Of a stretch of DNA of 64,000 nt, positions 50,817-59,714 are shown one piece after another. The notes below the pieces were generated by a model. That model had not been told where the DNA came from and searched no databases. It saw only the letters and a program-made list of their open reading frames with translations. Source of the stretch: an uncultured delta proteobacterium (GTDB lineage: Bacteria; Myxococcota; Myxococcia; SLRQ01); contig CAVSGM010000002.1 in NCBI GenBank assembly GCA_963727485.1, positions 1,440,001 to 1,504,000 of the forward strand, given 5' to 3'. Within the stretch, counting starts at the first letter, position 1. Each line of letters starts with the position of its first letter. A program made the position numbers and the translations under genes.

Positions 50817-52029
50817 GTTTCGTCGCGTCCTCCCGCTGGCTCCCGCGATCCTGGCCACCGGCGTCCTCGGCGGCGGGGTCGGGGCCGCCTTCGTGCTGGC
50901 GATGCGCCTGGGAATGCGACTGGTGGGGCCGACGCACCTCGCCTGGCCGGCGGAGGCGGCGATCCTGGTGGGGACGGGGCTCCTGGTCGCCGGCGGGACG
51001 CGGCTGCTGGGCCCGCCCGGGTCCGTGGAGCTTCTGGTCGACAACATCCACGTCCAAGGGGGGCCGGAGGGCCTGGCGCGGCTTCGCTCCCTGATCCCGC
51101 TCTCGCTGCTGTGCATCATGGCCGGGAGCCCCATCGGACCCGAGGCACCCCTGGTGCAGACATGCGGCACCCTCGGGGCCTGGGTGGGGCGGCGGCGGCG
51201 GCTCGGCGCCCGGGAGCTCCGGGTCCTCACCCTCACCGGCATGGCCGCGGCGTTCAGCGTGCTCTTCGGGTCCCCGGCGGGCGCGGCGGTCTTCGCCCTC
51301 GAGCTCCCGGACCAGGGCGGCCTTGGCTACGGGGAGGCTCTGCTCCCGGCGATGGTCGGCGCGCTGTGCGGCGAGGGAGTGTACGTGGCGCTCACGGGCC
51401 TGGGCCTGGCGCCGGTGTGGCGGCTGCCGGCGGCGGGACCCCGCAGCGCGATGGAGCTCCTCCTGGCCCTCGGCTGCGGGATCGTGGCCGCCGGCGGCGC
51501 CCTGGCCTTCGTGTCCCTCCACCGGCTCCTCGACGCCGGGCTCGGGCGGCTGCCATCGGCGGCGCGCCCGGCCCTGGCCGGCATGGCGGTAGCGGCCCTG
51601 GCTCTCCTGTCCCCGGCGGCGCTGACCTTCGGCGAGGGGCAGGTCGACGGGGTGACGGTGGGCAAGGTGGTCCTCTCGGCCCTGGCTTTGGCCGCCCTGG
51701 CCAAGCTCCTCGCCGCCGTCGTCGCCGTGGCGGGGCGGTGGCCCGGGGGCTTCATCATCCCCCTGTTGTTCATCGGCTTCGCCCTCGGCCGCCTCGCCCA
51801 CCAGGTGGCGCCGGGGGCCGACGCGGCGATGCTCATGGCGGCCCTCGCCGCCGCCCTCTGCGCCGCCGTCACCAAGACCCCCCTCGGCTCGACCCTGGTC
51901 GTCACCGGGATGACCGGCCTCGCCCTCCTGCCCACCACGCTCCTCGCGGCGGTGGTCGCGGTGCTCCTCTCCGCCCGGACGGTGATGATCCCCTCCCAGC
52001 GGCGGGTCCCGGCCTCGGAGGTCCCGTGA
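50815..52029 (+). CDS. ClC-family chloride channel/antiporter
   Basis: 'GPEAPLV', 'GMAAAFSVLFGSP...FALE' and 'GGFIIP'. Confidence 0.88.
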   Translation: MFRRVLPLAPAILATGVLGGGVGAAFVLAMRLGMRLVGPTHLAWPAEAAILVGTGLLVAGGTRLLGPPGSVELLVDNIHVQGGPEGLARLRSLIPLSLLCIMAGSPIGPEAPLVQTCGTLGAWVGRRRRLGARELRVLTLTGMAAAFSVLFGSPAGAAVFALELPDQGGLGYGEALLPAMVGALCGEGVYVALTGLGLAPVWRLPAAGPRSAMELLLALGCGIVAAGGALAFVSLHRLLDAGLGRLPSAARPALAGMAVAALALLSPAALTFGEGQVDGVTVGKVVLSALALAALAKLLAAVVAVAGRWPGGFIIPLLFIGFALGRLAHQVAPGADAAMLMAALAAALCAAVTKTPLGSTLVVTGMTGLALLPTTLLAAVVAVLLSARTVMIPSQRRVPASEVP

Positions 52030-52457
52030 GCGCGGCCCCCGCCGACCGCCCCCTGGGGGACGCCGACTACCGGGCCCTCGCGGCGTTCCGCTACGCCCTC
52101 CGGCGGTTCCTGCGCTTCAGCGAGACCGCCGCCCGGGAGGCCGGCCTGACCCCGGCCCAGCACCAGCTCCTCCTCGCCGTCCGCGGGTTCCCCGGCGGCC
52201 GGGCGCCGACGGTCGCGGACTTGGCCGAGCGCCTCCAACTCCGCCACCACTCCGCGGGCGAGCGGGTGGCCCGGGCGGCGGAGGCAGGGCTCCTGCGCCT
52301 CGCCGTCGACCCCGACGACGCCCGGGTCCGGCGCCTCTCGCTCACCGGGCAGGGGAGCCGGGTGCTGGCCCGGCTGTCGCGGCTCCACCGGCGAGAGCTG
52401 GCCCGCTTCCGCCGGGAGCTCGCGCCCCTCCTCGGCGATCTGCCCCCGGCCGGGTGA
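52026..52457 (+). CDS. MarR-family transcriptional regulator
   Basis: 'YRALAAFRYALRRFLRFSE...GLTPAQHQLLL...LAERLQLRHHS...DDAR..LT..G'; GTGA coupling. Confidence 0.88.
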   Translation: MSAAPADRPLGDADYRALAAFRYALRRFLRFSETAAREAGLTPAQHQLLLAVRGFPGGRAPTVADLAERLQLRHHSAGERVARAAEAGLLRLAVDPDDARVRRLSLTGQGSRVLARLSRLHRRELARFRRELAPLLGDLPPAG

Positions 52458-52484
52458 GCGCGCCGGAGGACCGGCCGGCCGGCG

Positions 52485-53844
52485 TCAGCGGGTGATCAGC
52501 CCGAAGGCCACGCCGACGATCGCGCCCACCACCACCAGTCCGATCACCAGGAGCAGGGGGAAGCGCCAGCCGGCGTCCTTCGTCGCGGTCGGCGCCGGGG
52601 TCGGTGTCCGCCTTGCCGGCGCGCGCGCCTCGGGCGTCGGCGGCGCCGGTGTCTGCACCACGGAGCTCTGTGCCTCGGGAGACGCGGCTGCGGGCGCCTT
52701 CGCCACCGGCGTCGACACCGCCGGCATGAAGTTCGTGGGCAGCTCGTGGAGATTGGCGCCGCCACCGGAAGCCGCGTCGCTCGGCACCTCGGCCTCCGCC
52801 TCGCCGCCATCGACCTCGTGTCCCGTCGCCACCGCGTAGGCCCGCAGGCTCTCCTCGGGCACCTCGTGGTCCCCCTCGGTCCCGGGCTTCGCCACGTCGG
52901 TGCGGGTCACCGGCAGGGCCGCGAGCCCGGCGAGGAAGTCGGCGAGGTGCCGCTCGGTCACCGCCTTGCGCCGGCTCGTCACCGAGGCGTCGAGGGCCTC
53001 GGCGAAGGCGGCGCAGTCGGGGTAGCGGTCGTCCCGGTCCTTGGACAGGGCCCGCATCAGCACCGCCTCGAGATTCGGCGGGCACGTCGGGGCGGTGCTC
53101 GGCCAGCGCCGGCGCCGGCTCGTCGGTGACCGCCAGCAGCGTCGCCTCGTCGCGTTCCTTGCGGAACGGGTTCTTGAAGGTCAGCAGCTCGTAGAGCAGG
53201 ATCCCCAGCGAGAACTGATCGGTGCGCGGATCGAGGGGCGTCCCCTTCACCTGCTCCGGGGACATGTAGGCGTACTTGCCCTTGATCACCCCGGCCTGGG
53301 TCCGGGTGTTGCGCCCGGCGGCCCGGGCGATGCCGAAGTCGACCACCTTCACCCCGCCGGCCTTCGTGAGCATCACGTTCTGGGGGCTCATGTCCCGGTG
53401 GATCACGTGGAGGGGCTCGCCGGACTCGGGATCGGCGAAGCCGTGGGCGTAGTGGAGGCCCCGGGCGGCGCCGGCGATGATCGCCGCGCAGATGTCCGGG
53501 GGCAGCCACTGGCCGCGGATGGAGGCGTCCCACATCAGGGCCCGGAGGTCGGGGCCGTCGAGGTGCTCCATCACCAGGTAGGGCACCGGCTCGCTCTCGA
53601 AGTCGAGGAGGCGGACGATGTTCGGGTGGTCGAAGTGGGCGGCGACCCGCGCCTCGTCCACGAACATGATGAGGAAGCCCGGGTCCGAGACGAAGACCGG
53701 CTTGATGCGCTTGACCGCGACCCGGCGCACCACCGGCGGCGCGGTCTTGGCGAGGAAGACCTCGGCCATGCCCCCCACGGCGATCCGGCGCTCGACCTGG
53801 TACTTCCCGAAGACCTCAGGGGCCCCGGCGATGCTGCCCTCCAT
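52485..53844 (-). CDS. Hanks-type Ser/Thr protein kinase with a C-terminal TM (frameshift near 53072)
   Basis: 'GGMAEVFLA', 'VAVKRI', 'HRDMSPQN', 'DFGIA' and 'GKYAYMSPEQ'. Confidence 0.92.
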
Positions 53845-53894
53845 GGGCGCGCATCCTACATGGCCGAACCGCGGCGGCCAATGGCCCCAAGGGA

Positions 53895-55520
53895 TCAGCC
53901 CCCGGGGACGAGCCGGAGGGTCCCCTCGAGGGTGAGGGTCCCGGCGCCGGTGACGAGGCGGCGGACGGTGAGCCGCGCCGGGCCCCGCCCCGCCCGGTTG
54001 GAGGCGGTGAGGGTCAGGGGCCCCAGGTGCGCCAGGCGGTCGTCGAGCCCCTCGAGGAGCGCCGGGTAGCAGGGCTGGCGGCCGATGCCGCCGGCGATGG
54101 GCCACCCGCAGCTCGCCCGCACCGCGGTGGGCGCCAGGCCCACCTCCAGGGTCCCGTCGTCGACGGTGACCGTCACCTTCCCCTCGAGGGTCGCCGCCAG
54201 CCTCCGGGGCCGGGGGCCGGCGAGGTCCACCCGAAGCTCCCCCAGGGCCACCGAGATCCCCGCGGGCGAGAGCCGGGCCACCGGGGGCAGGGCCAGGGCC
54301 AGGCGCGCCACCTTCAGGTCGAGGCCCGCGGCGAGGCGCCGGTTGAGGTGGGCGAGGCGATCGGCGTCCCCGGCCCAGGCGGTGAGGGCCCCCGAGCGCC
54401 AGGCGGCGTCGAGGATCGCCGAGACCAGGTCCTCGGAGAGGGTGAGCCGCACCCCCCGAAGGCGCGGCAGCGGCCCCGCCGCCGGGACCTGGATCCCCCG
54501 GCGCACCGGCCCCGGGGTCGCCGGGTGCGCCAGCGCCGTCACCCCCCGGGCGGTCACCGAGGGCCGGGCGCCGTAGCGCAGGACCAGGGCCCGCCCGGGG
54601 ACCACCCGGGGATCGCCGCAGCGGGTCAGGGCCACCGTGAGCCGGGCCCCCAGGAGGCCCACCGAGAGGCGCTTCGGGAGGGCGGCGGCGAGGCGCCGGT
54701 TGACCTCCGGGAGCCAGGTCTGCGCGGCGGCGGCCACCAGCTTCCCGGTCTCCCGGCGCCCGGCGGCGCGGGCGGCTCGGAGGGCCCCCTCGAGGCCCTC
54801 CTGGGGCGCTGCGAACAGGTGCCCGAGGGCCGCGAGGACCCCGCCGCCCTTGAGGCTCGCCAGGACCCCCAGGCTCCCGGTGGCCACCGCCTTCACCGGC
54901 CCCCGGCGGCTCACCTGGAGCAGCCCCGGCCCGGCGGTGGACACCGCCAGGGGCAGGCGGGCGGTGAGGGTGGCGCCGCCGGCGAACCGGGCGGAGATCG
55001 AGGCGTCGAGGCCGCCGGTGACCAGGTGCAGGCCCACGGTCACCTGCCGCGCCGGGGGCAGGCCCTTCGCCGACGCCAGCCGGGTCTTCACCAGCGCCCC
55101 GAGGGTCGCCGCCAGGGTGTCCACCGTCCCCTGGGCCAGGCTCACCCGCACCGCGCAGGGCACCGTCCCCCCGGGCCGCCCGAAGGGCCCGGCGAGCCAG
55201 GTGAAGGCCACCTGCCGGGGGTGGCGCCCGAGGTAGCGCTGCCCTGCGGTGACCGTGTGGAGGCCCGGGCCGAGGCGGGCGGGATCCACCGTGAGCCGGC
55301 CCCCGGGCGCCGCCTGGACCGCGCCGTCCACCGCCAGGGTCACCTGCCCCGGCCCCCGGCGGCGCACCGAGAGGGTCACCGGCCCCTGGAGCGACGGCGG
55401 CGCCGGCCGGGCGTCGACCACCAGCCCCGCCCGGCGCGAGGCCACCATCCACGCCGCCAGCCCCGCCCCCGCCCCCGCCAGGACCGCGAGCGAGAGGACC
55501 ACGGCGAGGATCCGTCTCAC
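53895..55520 (-). CDS. Membrane-anchored hypothetical protein, possibly BPI/LBP (TULIP)-like
   Basis: GTG overlaps the upstream stop (GTGA); N-terminal TM; Ig-like segment; 'AVRVSLAQGTVDTL' and 'LTLSEDLVSAILDAAWRSGAL'. Confidence 0.7.
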   Translation of the reverse strand: MRRILAVVLSLAVLAGAGAGLAAWMVASRRAGLVVDARPAPPSLQGPVTLSVRRRGPGQVTLAVDGAVQAAPGGRLTVDPARLGPGLHTVTAGQRYLGRHPRQVAFTWLAGPFGRPGGTVPCAVRVSLAQGTVDTLAATLGALVKTRLASAKGLPPARQVTVGLHLVTGGLDASISARFAGGATLTARLPLAVSTAGPGLLQVSRRGPVKAVATGSLGVLASLKGGGVLAALGHLFAAPQEGLEGALRAARAAGRRETGKLVAAAAQTWLPEVNRRLAAALPKRLSVGLLGARLTVALTRCGDPRVVPGRALVLRYGARPSVTARGVTALAHPATPGPVRRGIQVPAAGPLPRLRGVRLTLSEDLVSAILDAAWRSGALTAWAGDADRLAHLNRRLAAGLDLKVARLALALPPVARLSPAGISVALGELRVDLAGPRPRRLAATLEGKVTVTVDDGTLEVGLAPTAVRASCGWPIAGGIGRQPCYPALLEGLDDRLAHLGPLTLTASNRAGRGPARLTVRRLVTGAGTLTLEGTLRLVPGG

Positions 55521-57085
55521 CCCGCGCCCCGGGTGGCGAAGAGGATGAGCGCCGAGCCGAGCTCGAGGGCCACCACCCACAGGGTGCAGGCGATCACGCT
55601 GCCGGTCATCGCCCGGGTGACGTCGTCGGCCCGGCGCTTGAGGTCGGTGCCCCGGTGGACCACGTCGGCGGCGATCCCCGGGCCGTAGAGGAGGATGAGC
55701 CACAGGGCGCGGTTGCGCAGGGTCGCCCGCTCGGGGACCGGGTCGAGGAGGTCGCCGGCGAGGCGGGCGAGGACCGGGAGGAGGTGCCCCCCGGCCTGGA
55801 GGACGTGGACCACCGCGCCCCCGAGGAGCATCCCCGCGGCGATGACCAGCGCCGTGAGCCAGAAGGCCAGCGAGAGGGCGACCAGCCCCGGGAGCCAGAG
55901 GTAGGTCTCGGTGCGGATCCCCAGGGCCTTGAGCGCGGTGGTCTGGCGCCCGAGGGCGAGGCTCCCGAGCCAGGCGTTCACCGCCGAGCCGCTGGTGGCC
56001 ACGAAGAGCAGCGCCGACAGCGGCGGGGCCAGGGCGAGGACGTAGCTGCCGCCGACCATGTCCAGCAGGCGCGTCGCCGAGAAGCCCGCCGGGGCGGCGC
56101 GGACCAGGATGTAGAGGACGGTGAACCCGAGGAGCACCGAGACCACCGCGTAGAACGGCGCCGGGCGCAGGAGGCCCTGGCGCAGGACCCGGCGGGCGAC
56201 CCGGGTGAGCTCGGGGAGCTGGCGGCGGCGCACCCGGAAGGCCTCGGCCAGCGCCCGGCCCGGGACCTCCAGGGGCGCCAGGGTCCGGGCCCAGATCTCC
56301 GCGAGCCGGGGCCCCGCGCCCGGGCCCCGGGGCGCCTCCGGGGCGAGGGCCGCGTGGGGCCGGGCCAAGGCCTCCCGGAGGCGGGTCTCGAGGCCCACCC
56401 GGTCGCCGGGGTCGAGGGGCAGGGGCAAGAGGCGCCCGGTCCCCGGGTCGAGGCGCAGGCACCGGCTCGCCGCCTCGGCGGCCAGGAGCGTGTCGTGGGT
56501 GACCACCACGATGCCCACCCCCGCGCCCTTCGCCTCCTCCCGGAGCAGGCGCCCGAGGGCCGCCGAGGCCTCGGGGTCGAGGCCCGCCGAGGGCTCGTCG
56601 AGGAAGAGGAGCCGGCGCCCGGCGGCCAGCGCCCGGGCGACGGCGAGGCGCTGGGTCTGGCCCCCGGAGAGGCGGTCGGTGGACGTCCCCGGGCCCACGA
56701 CCGCCTCGGGGAGGCCCACCCGTTCGAGCCAGGTCGCCGCCGTCTCGCCGCCGCCGTCCGCCCGGAAGCGCAGGGCGAGGCGCACGTTCCCGGCGACGTC
56801 GAGGTGGTCGAGGGGGGCGCCGTGCTGGGGCACCAGCGCCGCCGGGGCCAGCTCCAGGCGCGTCGACGACACCTGGAAGCCCTCCCGGCGCAGGGTCGCC
56901 GGCTCGAAGAGCACCCGCCCCAGGGTCGACTTGCCGCTGCCGCTCCCCCCGAGGACCGCCACCACCTCGCCCGGGGCCACGGTGAGGTCGAGGTCGCGCA
57001 GGAGCGGCCGCCCCCCGGGGAGGGTGACCGAGAGCCCCTCGAGGCGGAGCAGGGCCGCCGGGGCGGGGTCGGGATCGGTCGCCAT
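55517..57085 (-). CDS. Fused ABC ATPase (MlaF-like) and MlaE-like permease
   Basis: GGSGSGKS, LSGGQ, LLFLDEP and VVTHD; MlaE-like 'LAPPLSALLF..SGSAVNAWLG...ALKALGI' and 'VTRAMTGSVI'. Confidence 0.85.
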   Translation of the reverse strand: MATDPDPAPAALLRLEGLSVTLPGGRPLLRDLDLTVAPGEVVAVLGGSGSGKSTLGRVLFEPATLRREGFQVSSTRLELAPAALVPQHGAPLDHLDVAGNVRLALRFRADGGGETAATWLERVGLPEAVVGPGTSTDRLSGGQTQRLAVARALAAGRRLLFLDEPSAGLDPEASAALGRLLREEAKGAGVGIVVVTHDTLLAAEAASRCLRLDPGTGRLLPLPLDPGDRVGLETRLREALARPHAALAPEAPRGPGAGPRLAEIWARTLAPLEVPGRALAEAFRVRRRQLPELTRVARRVLRQGLLRPAPFYAVVSVLLGFTVLYILVRAAPAGFSATRLLDMVGGSYVLALAPPLSALLFVATSGSAVNAWLGSLALGRQTTALKALGIRTETYLWLPGLVALSLAFWLTALVIAAGMLLGGAVVHVLQAGGHLLPVLARLAGDLLDPVPERATLRNRALWLILLYGPGIAADVVHRGTDLKRRADDVTRAMTGSVIACTLWVVALELGSALILFATRGAG

Positions 57086-57133
57086 GGCACGGCCATCCTA
57101 GCCACCGGCCGGGCCCTCGGATAGGAGTCGGGC

Positions 57134-58075
57134 ATGGCCGATCTGCCGCCCGCCGTGCCGCCGCCCGAGGCGCCGCCGTCGATGGGGCCGCCGCCGGAGA
57201 CACCGGAGACGCCGGCGCCGGCGGGCCCGAGGTGGCACCCGGCGGCGCGGGTGGCGCTCTACCTGGTCGCCTTCGTGATCCTCCAGGTGGTCGCCATCAT
57301 CCCGGTGGTCGTCGCCGCGCGCCTCCTGGGCCCGCACACCGCCGCCGCGCGGCAGGCGGTCGTGGTCCTGGGCTTCGTCCCCCTGGCCCCGCTCCTGCTC
57401 CTGGCCACCTGGGGCTTCGTCCGGGTCCTCGACCGGCGCCGCCTCGCCGACGTCGGGGTCCGCTGGCCGGTCCACGGGGTCGTCCGCGCGTCGCTCCGGG
57501 GCCTGGGCCTCGGCGCCGGCCTCGCCGCCCTCTGGGCGGGCATGGTCGCCCTCCCCGGCTACCTGGTGTTCCACGGCCACAGCGCCGCCTACGCCGCCGA
57601 CCCCGCCCGGGGCACCGCGATCCTCGTGGGCCTCGCCGTCCTCTTCGGGATCCAGGGGGCCACCGAGGAGCTCGCCTTCCGGGGCTACGTGTTCCACACC
57701 CTCCTGCCGCGGGTGTCCCCGAGCACGGCGGCCCTGGTCTCCAGCGTCCTCTTCGCCGCCGCCCACCTGCCCAACCCCGGCTACGGCCTCGCCGCCTTCG
57801 TGAACACCTTCCTCATCGGGATGGTGCTGGTGAGCCTGGTGCGCCGGAGCCGGAGCCTGCTCTCGGCCTCGCTCCTCCACGGGGCCTGGAACTTCACCAT
57901 CGCCTGCCTCCTCTCGGTGCCGGTGAGCGGCTTCAAGCTCTTCCACCTGCTCCGGGTCACCGTCCCCGGCCCGGTGGGCGCCACCGGCGGCGGCTACGGC
58001 CCCGAGGCGAGCTGGATGCTCACGGTGCCCCTCGCCCTGGTGGCGCTGTGGGCGATCCCCCGGGAGGGCCCCTGA
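57134..58075 (+). CDS. CPBP (Abi/CAAX) intramembrane metalloprotease
   Basis: 'EELAFRGY', 'FAAAH' and 'HGAWN'. Confidence 0.9.
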   Translation: MADLPPAVPPPEAPPSMGPPPETPETPAPAGPRWHPAARVALYLVAFVILQVVAIIPVVVAARLLGPHTAAARQAVVVLGFVPLAPLLLLATWGFVRVLDRRRLADVGVRWPVHGVVRASLRGLGLGAGLAALWAGMVALPGYLVFHGHSAAYAADPARGTAILVGLAVLFGIQGATEELAFRGYVFHTLLPRVSPSTAALVSSVLFAAAHLPNPGYGLAAFVNTFLIGMVLVSLVRRSRSLLSASLLHGAWNFTIACLLSVPVSGFKLFHLLRVTVPGPVGATGGGYGPEASWMLTVPLALVALWAIPREGP

Positions 58076-58077
58076 CC

Positions 58078-59089
58078 GTGCGCCTGCCCCTGCTCCCTGC
58101 CTGGCGCCAGGTCCTCCACCCGGCGGGCTACCACGGCCACCGGGTGAAGCCGCCCTTCTTCGAGGGCTGGTACTTCAAGCTGGTGGACGCCGCCGGCGTC
58201 GAGCGCCTCGCCCTCATCCCCGGGGTCTCGATCCCCGAGGGCGCCGGCGACGCCCACGCCTTCCTCCAGGTCCTCGACGGCGCCCGGCACACCGCGGCCT
58301 ATCTGCGCTACCCCCTCGACGCCTTCTCCGGGGACCGGGACCGGGTGGACCTGCGCCTCGGCGCGAGCCGGTTCACCGCCGAGGGGATCACCCTCGCCGT
58401 CGCCCGGCCCGAGCTGCGCCTCGAGGGCGAGGTGCGCTTCCGGGACCCGGTGCCCTGGCCGGTGCGCCCCTGGGCGCCGGGGATCATGGGCTGGTACGCC
58501 TGGGTCCCGGCGATGGAGTGCTACCACGGGGTCCCGAGCCTCGATCACCGCCTCGAGGGGCGCCTCACCCTCGACGGCCGGGCGCTCGGCCTCGACGGCG
58601 GCCGGGGCTACCTGGAGAAGGACTGGGGCCGGACCTTCCCGGCGGCCTGGGTGTGGCTCCAGACCAACCGCTTCGAGGGGGCCGAGGGGGTGAGCCTGAC
58701 CGCCTCCATCGCCCGGATCCCCTGGCTGGGTGCCAGCTTCCCCGGGTTCATCGTGGGCCTCCTGGTCGACGGGCGGCTCCATCGCTTCGCCACCTACACC
58801 GGGGCGCGCACCGAGGTCCTGGAGGTCGGCGGCACCGACCGGGTGCGCTGGGTGATGCGCGGCGACGGGCTGCGCCTGACCCTCGAGGCCGAGCAGGGTC
58901 CGCCCCTGACCATCGTCGGCCCGAGCCCGACGGGGATGGTGCGCCAGGTGGGCGAGTCGCTCTCGGGGACGGTGCGGGTCACCCTGGCCGACGCCCGGAC
59001 CGGGGCGGTGCGCTTCGAGGGCACCGGCACCGCCGCGGGGATGGAGATCCACGGCGACGTCGAGGGCCCTGGCCCCGAAGACGAGATGA
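58078..59089 (+). CDS. Tocopherol-cyclase-family protein (probable extra base near 59064)
   Basis: 'FFEGWYFK', 'GIMGWY...MECYHGV' and 'GYLEKDWGRTFP..WVW.Q'; removing one G gives a stop at 59087-59089. Confidence 0.82.
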
Positions 59090-59118
59090 CCGGCCCGGGT
59101 CGCCCCGGACCGGTCATC
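59085..59118. terminator. Hairpin between convergent genes
   Basis: Minus strand GATGACCGGTCCGGG-GCGA-CCCGGGCCGGTCATC: 15-bp stem with a GNRA loop. Confidence 0.65.
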
Positions 59119-59145
59119 CCTGCACCAGACACTGCTCGAGTGGGA

Positions 59146-59436
59146 TCAGCCGCAGCTCTTGGCGCCACCGCCGCAGCTCTTGGCCCCGCCGCTGCAGCTC
59201 GCGGTGGCGCCCTTGTCGCCCTTCTTGGCCTTGGCGTCGGCCTTGGCGTCCTTCTTCTTCATGTCCTTCTTGGCCTTGGCGCCGCAGCCGTTGGGGCCAC
59301 CGCAGGCCTTCTTGGAGGACTTCGCCTTGGTGTCGTGCCCGTCCCCGGCGTAGGCCGCCTGGGAGCCGAGGGTGAGGCCCCCCAGGCTGATGGCGAGAGC
59401 GAGGGTGCCGACCGACAGCTTCCGATTGAACTTCAT
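59146..59436 (-). CDS. Secreted Lys/Gly/Cys-rich 96-aa peptide (putative metal-binding or RiPP precursor)
   Basis: AGGAG RBS; Sec signal ending AYA; 'CGGPNGCG'; C-terminal SCSGGAK-SCGGGAK-SCG (21-bp DNA repeat). Confidence 0.85.
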   Translation of the reverse strand: MKFNRKLSVGTLALAISLGGLTLGSQAAYAGDGHDTKAKSSKKACGGPNGCGAKAKKDMKKKDAKADAKAKKGDKGATASCSGGAKSCGGGAKSCG

Positions 59437-59530
59437 GTGCGCTCCTGTGCGACTGGGTTGTGCGTCCAGGGGTGCCGTCCCCCCGGTGGGAAAGGGTATC
59501 GGAGAATCACTCTCCAATCACACCCCCCTC

Positions 59531-59556
59531 TTCGCCCGAAGCCGGCGTGTGGTCAC
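59531..59556 (-). promoter_or_regulatory. ECF16/SigF-like promoter
   Basis: Minus strand GTGACC-N16-CGAA, about 95 bp upstream of the ATG at 59436. Confidence 0.55.
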
Positions 59557-59714
59557 GCCCCCGATCCGGGGAGGGGATCGTCCCTGCCCCTCCGGGGCGC
59601 GGATCCCTCCGATCGGCGGGGGGTTGGGCCCGGTCGGGGGGGCCGGCGGGGGGTTGCACCCGCGGCCCGGCGTCGTAAGGTGACCGCGGCCGGGGGGCCA
59701 GACCGGAGCGCACG

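Noticed and set aside
59119..59148. Selenocysteine read-through of the Cys-peptide TGA
   Set aside because: The TGA is not at a Cys position of the repeat, downstream codons lose GC3 bias, and the nearby hairpin fits a terminator
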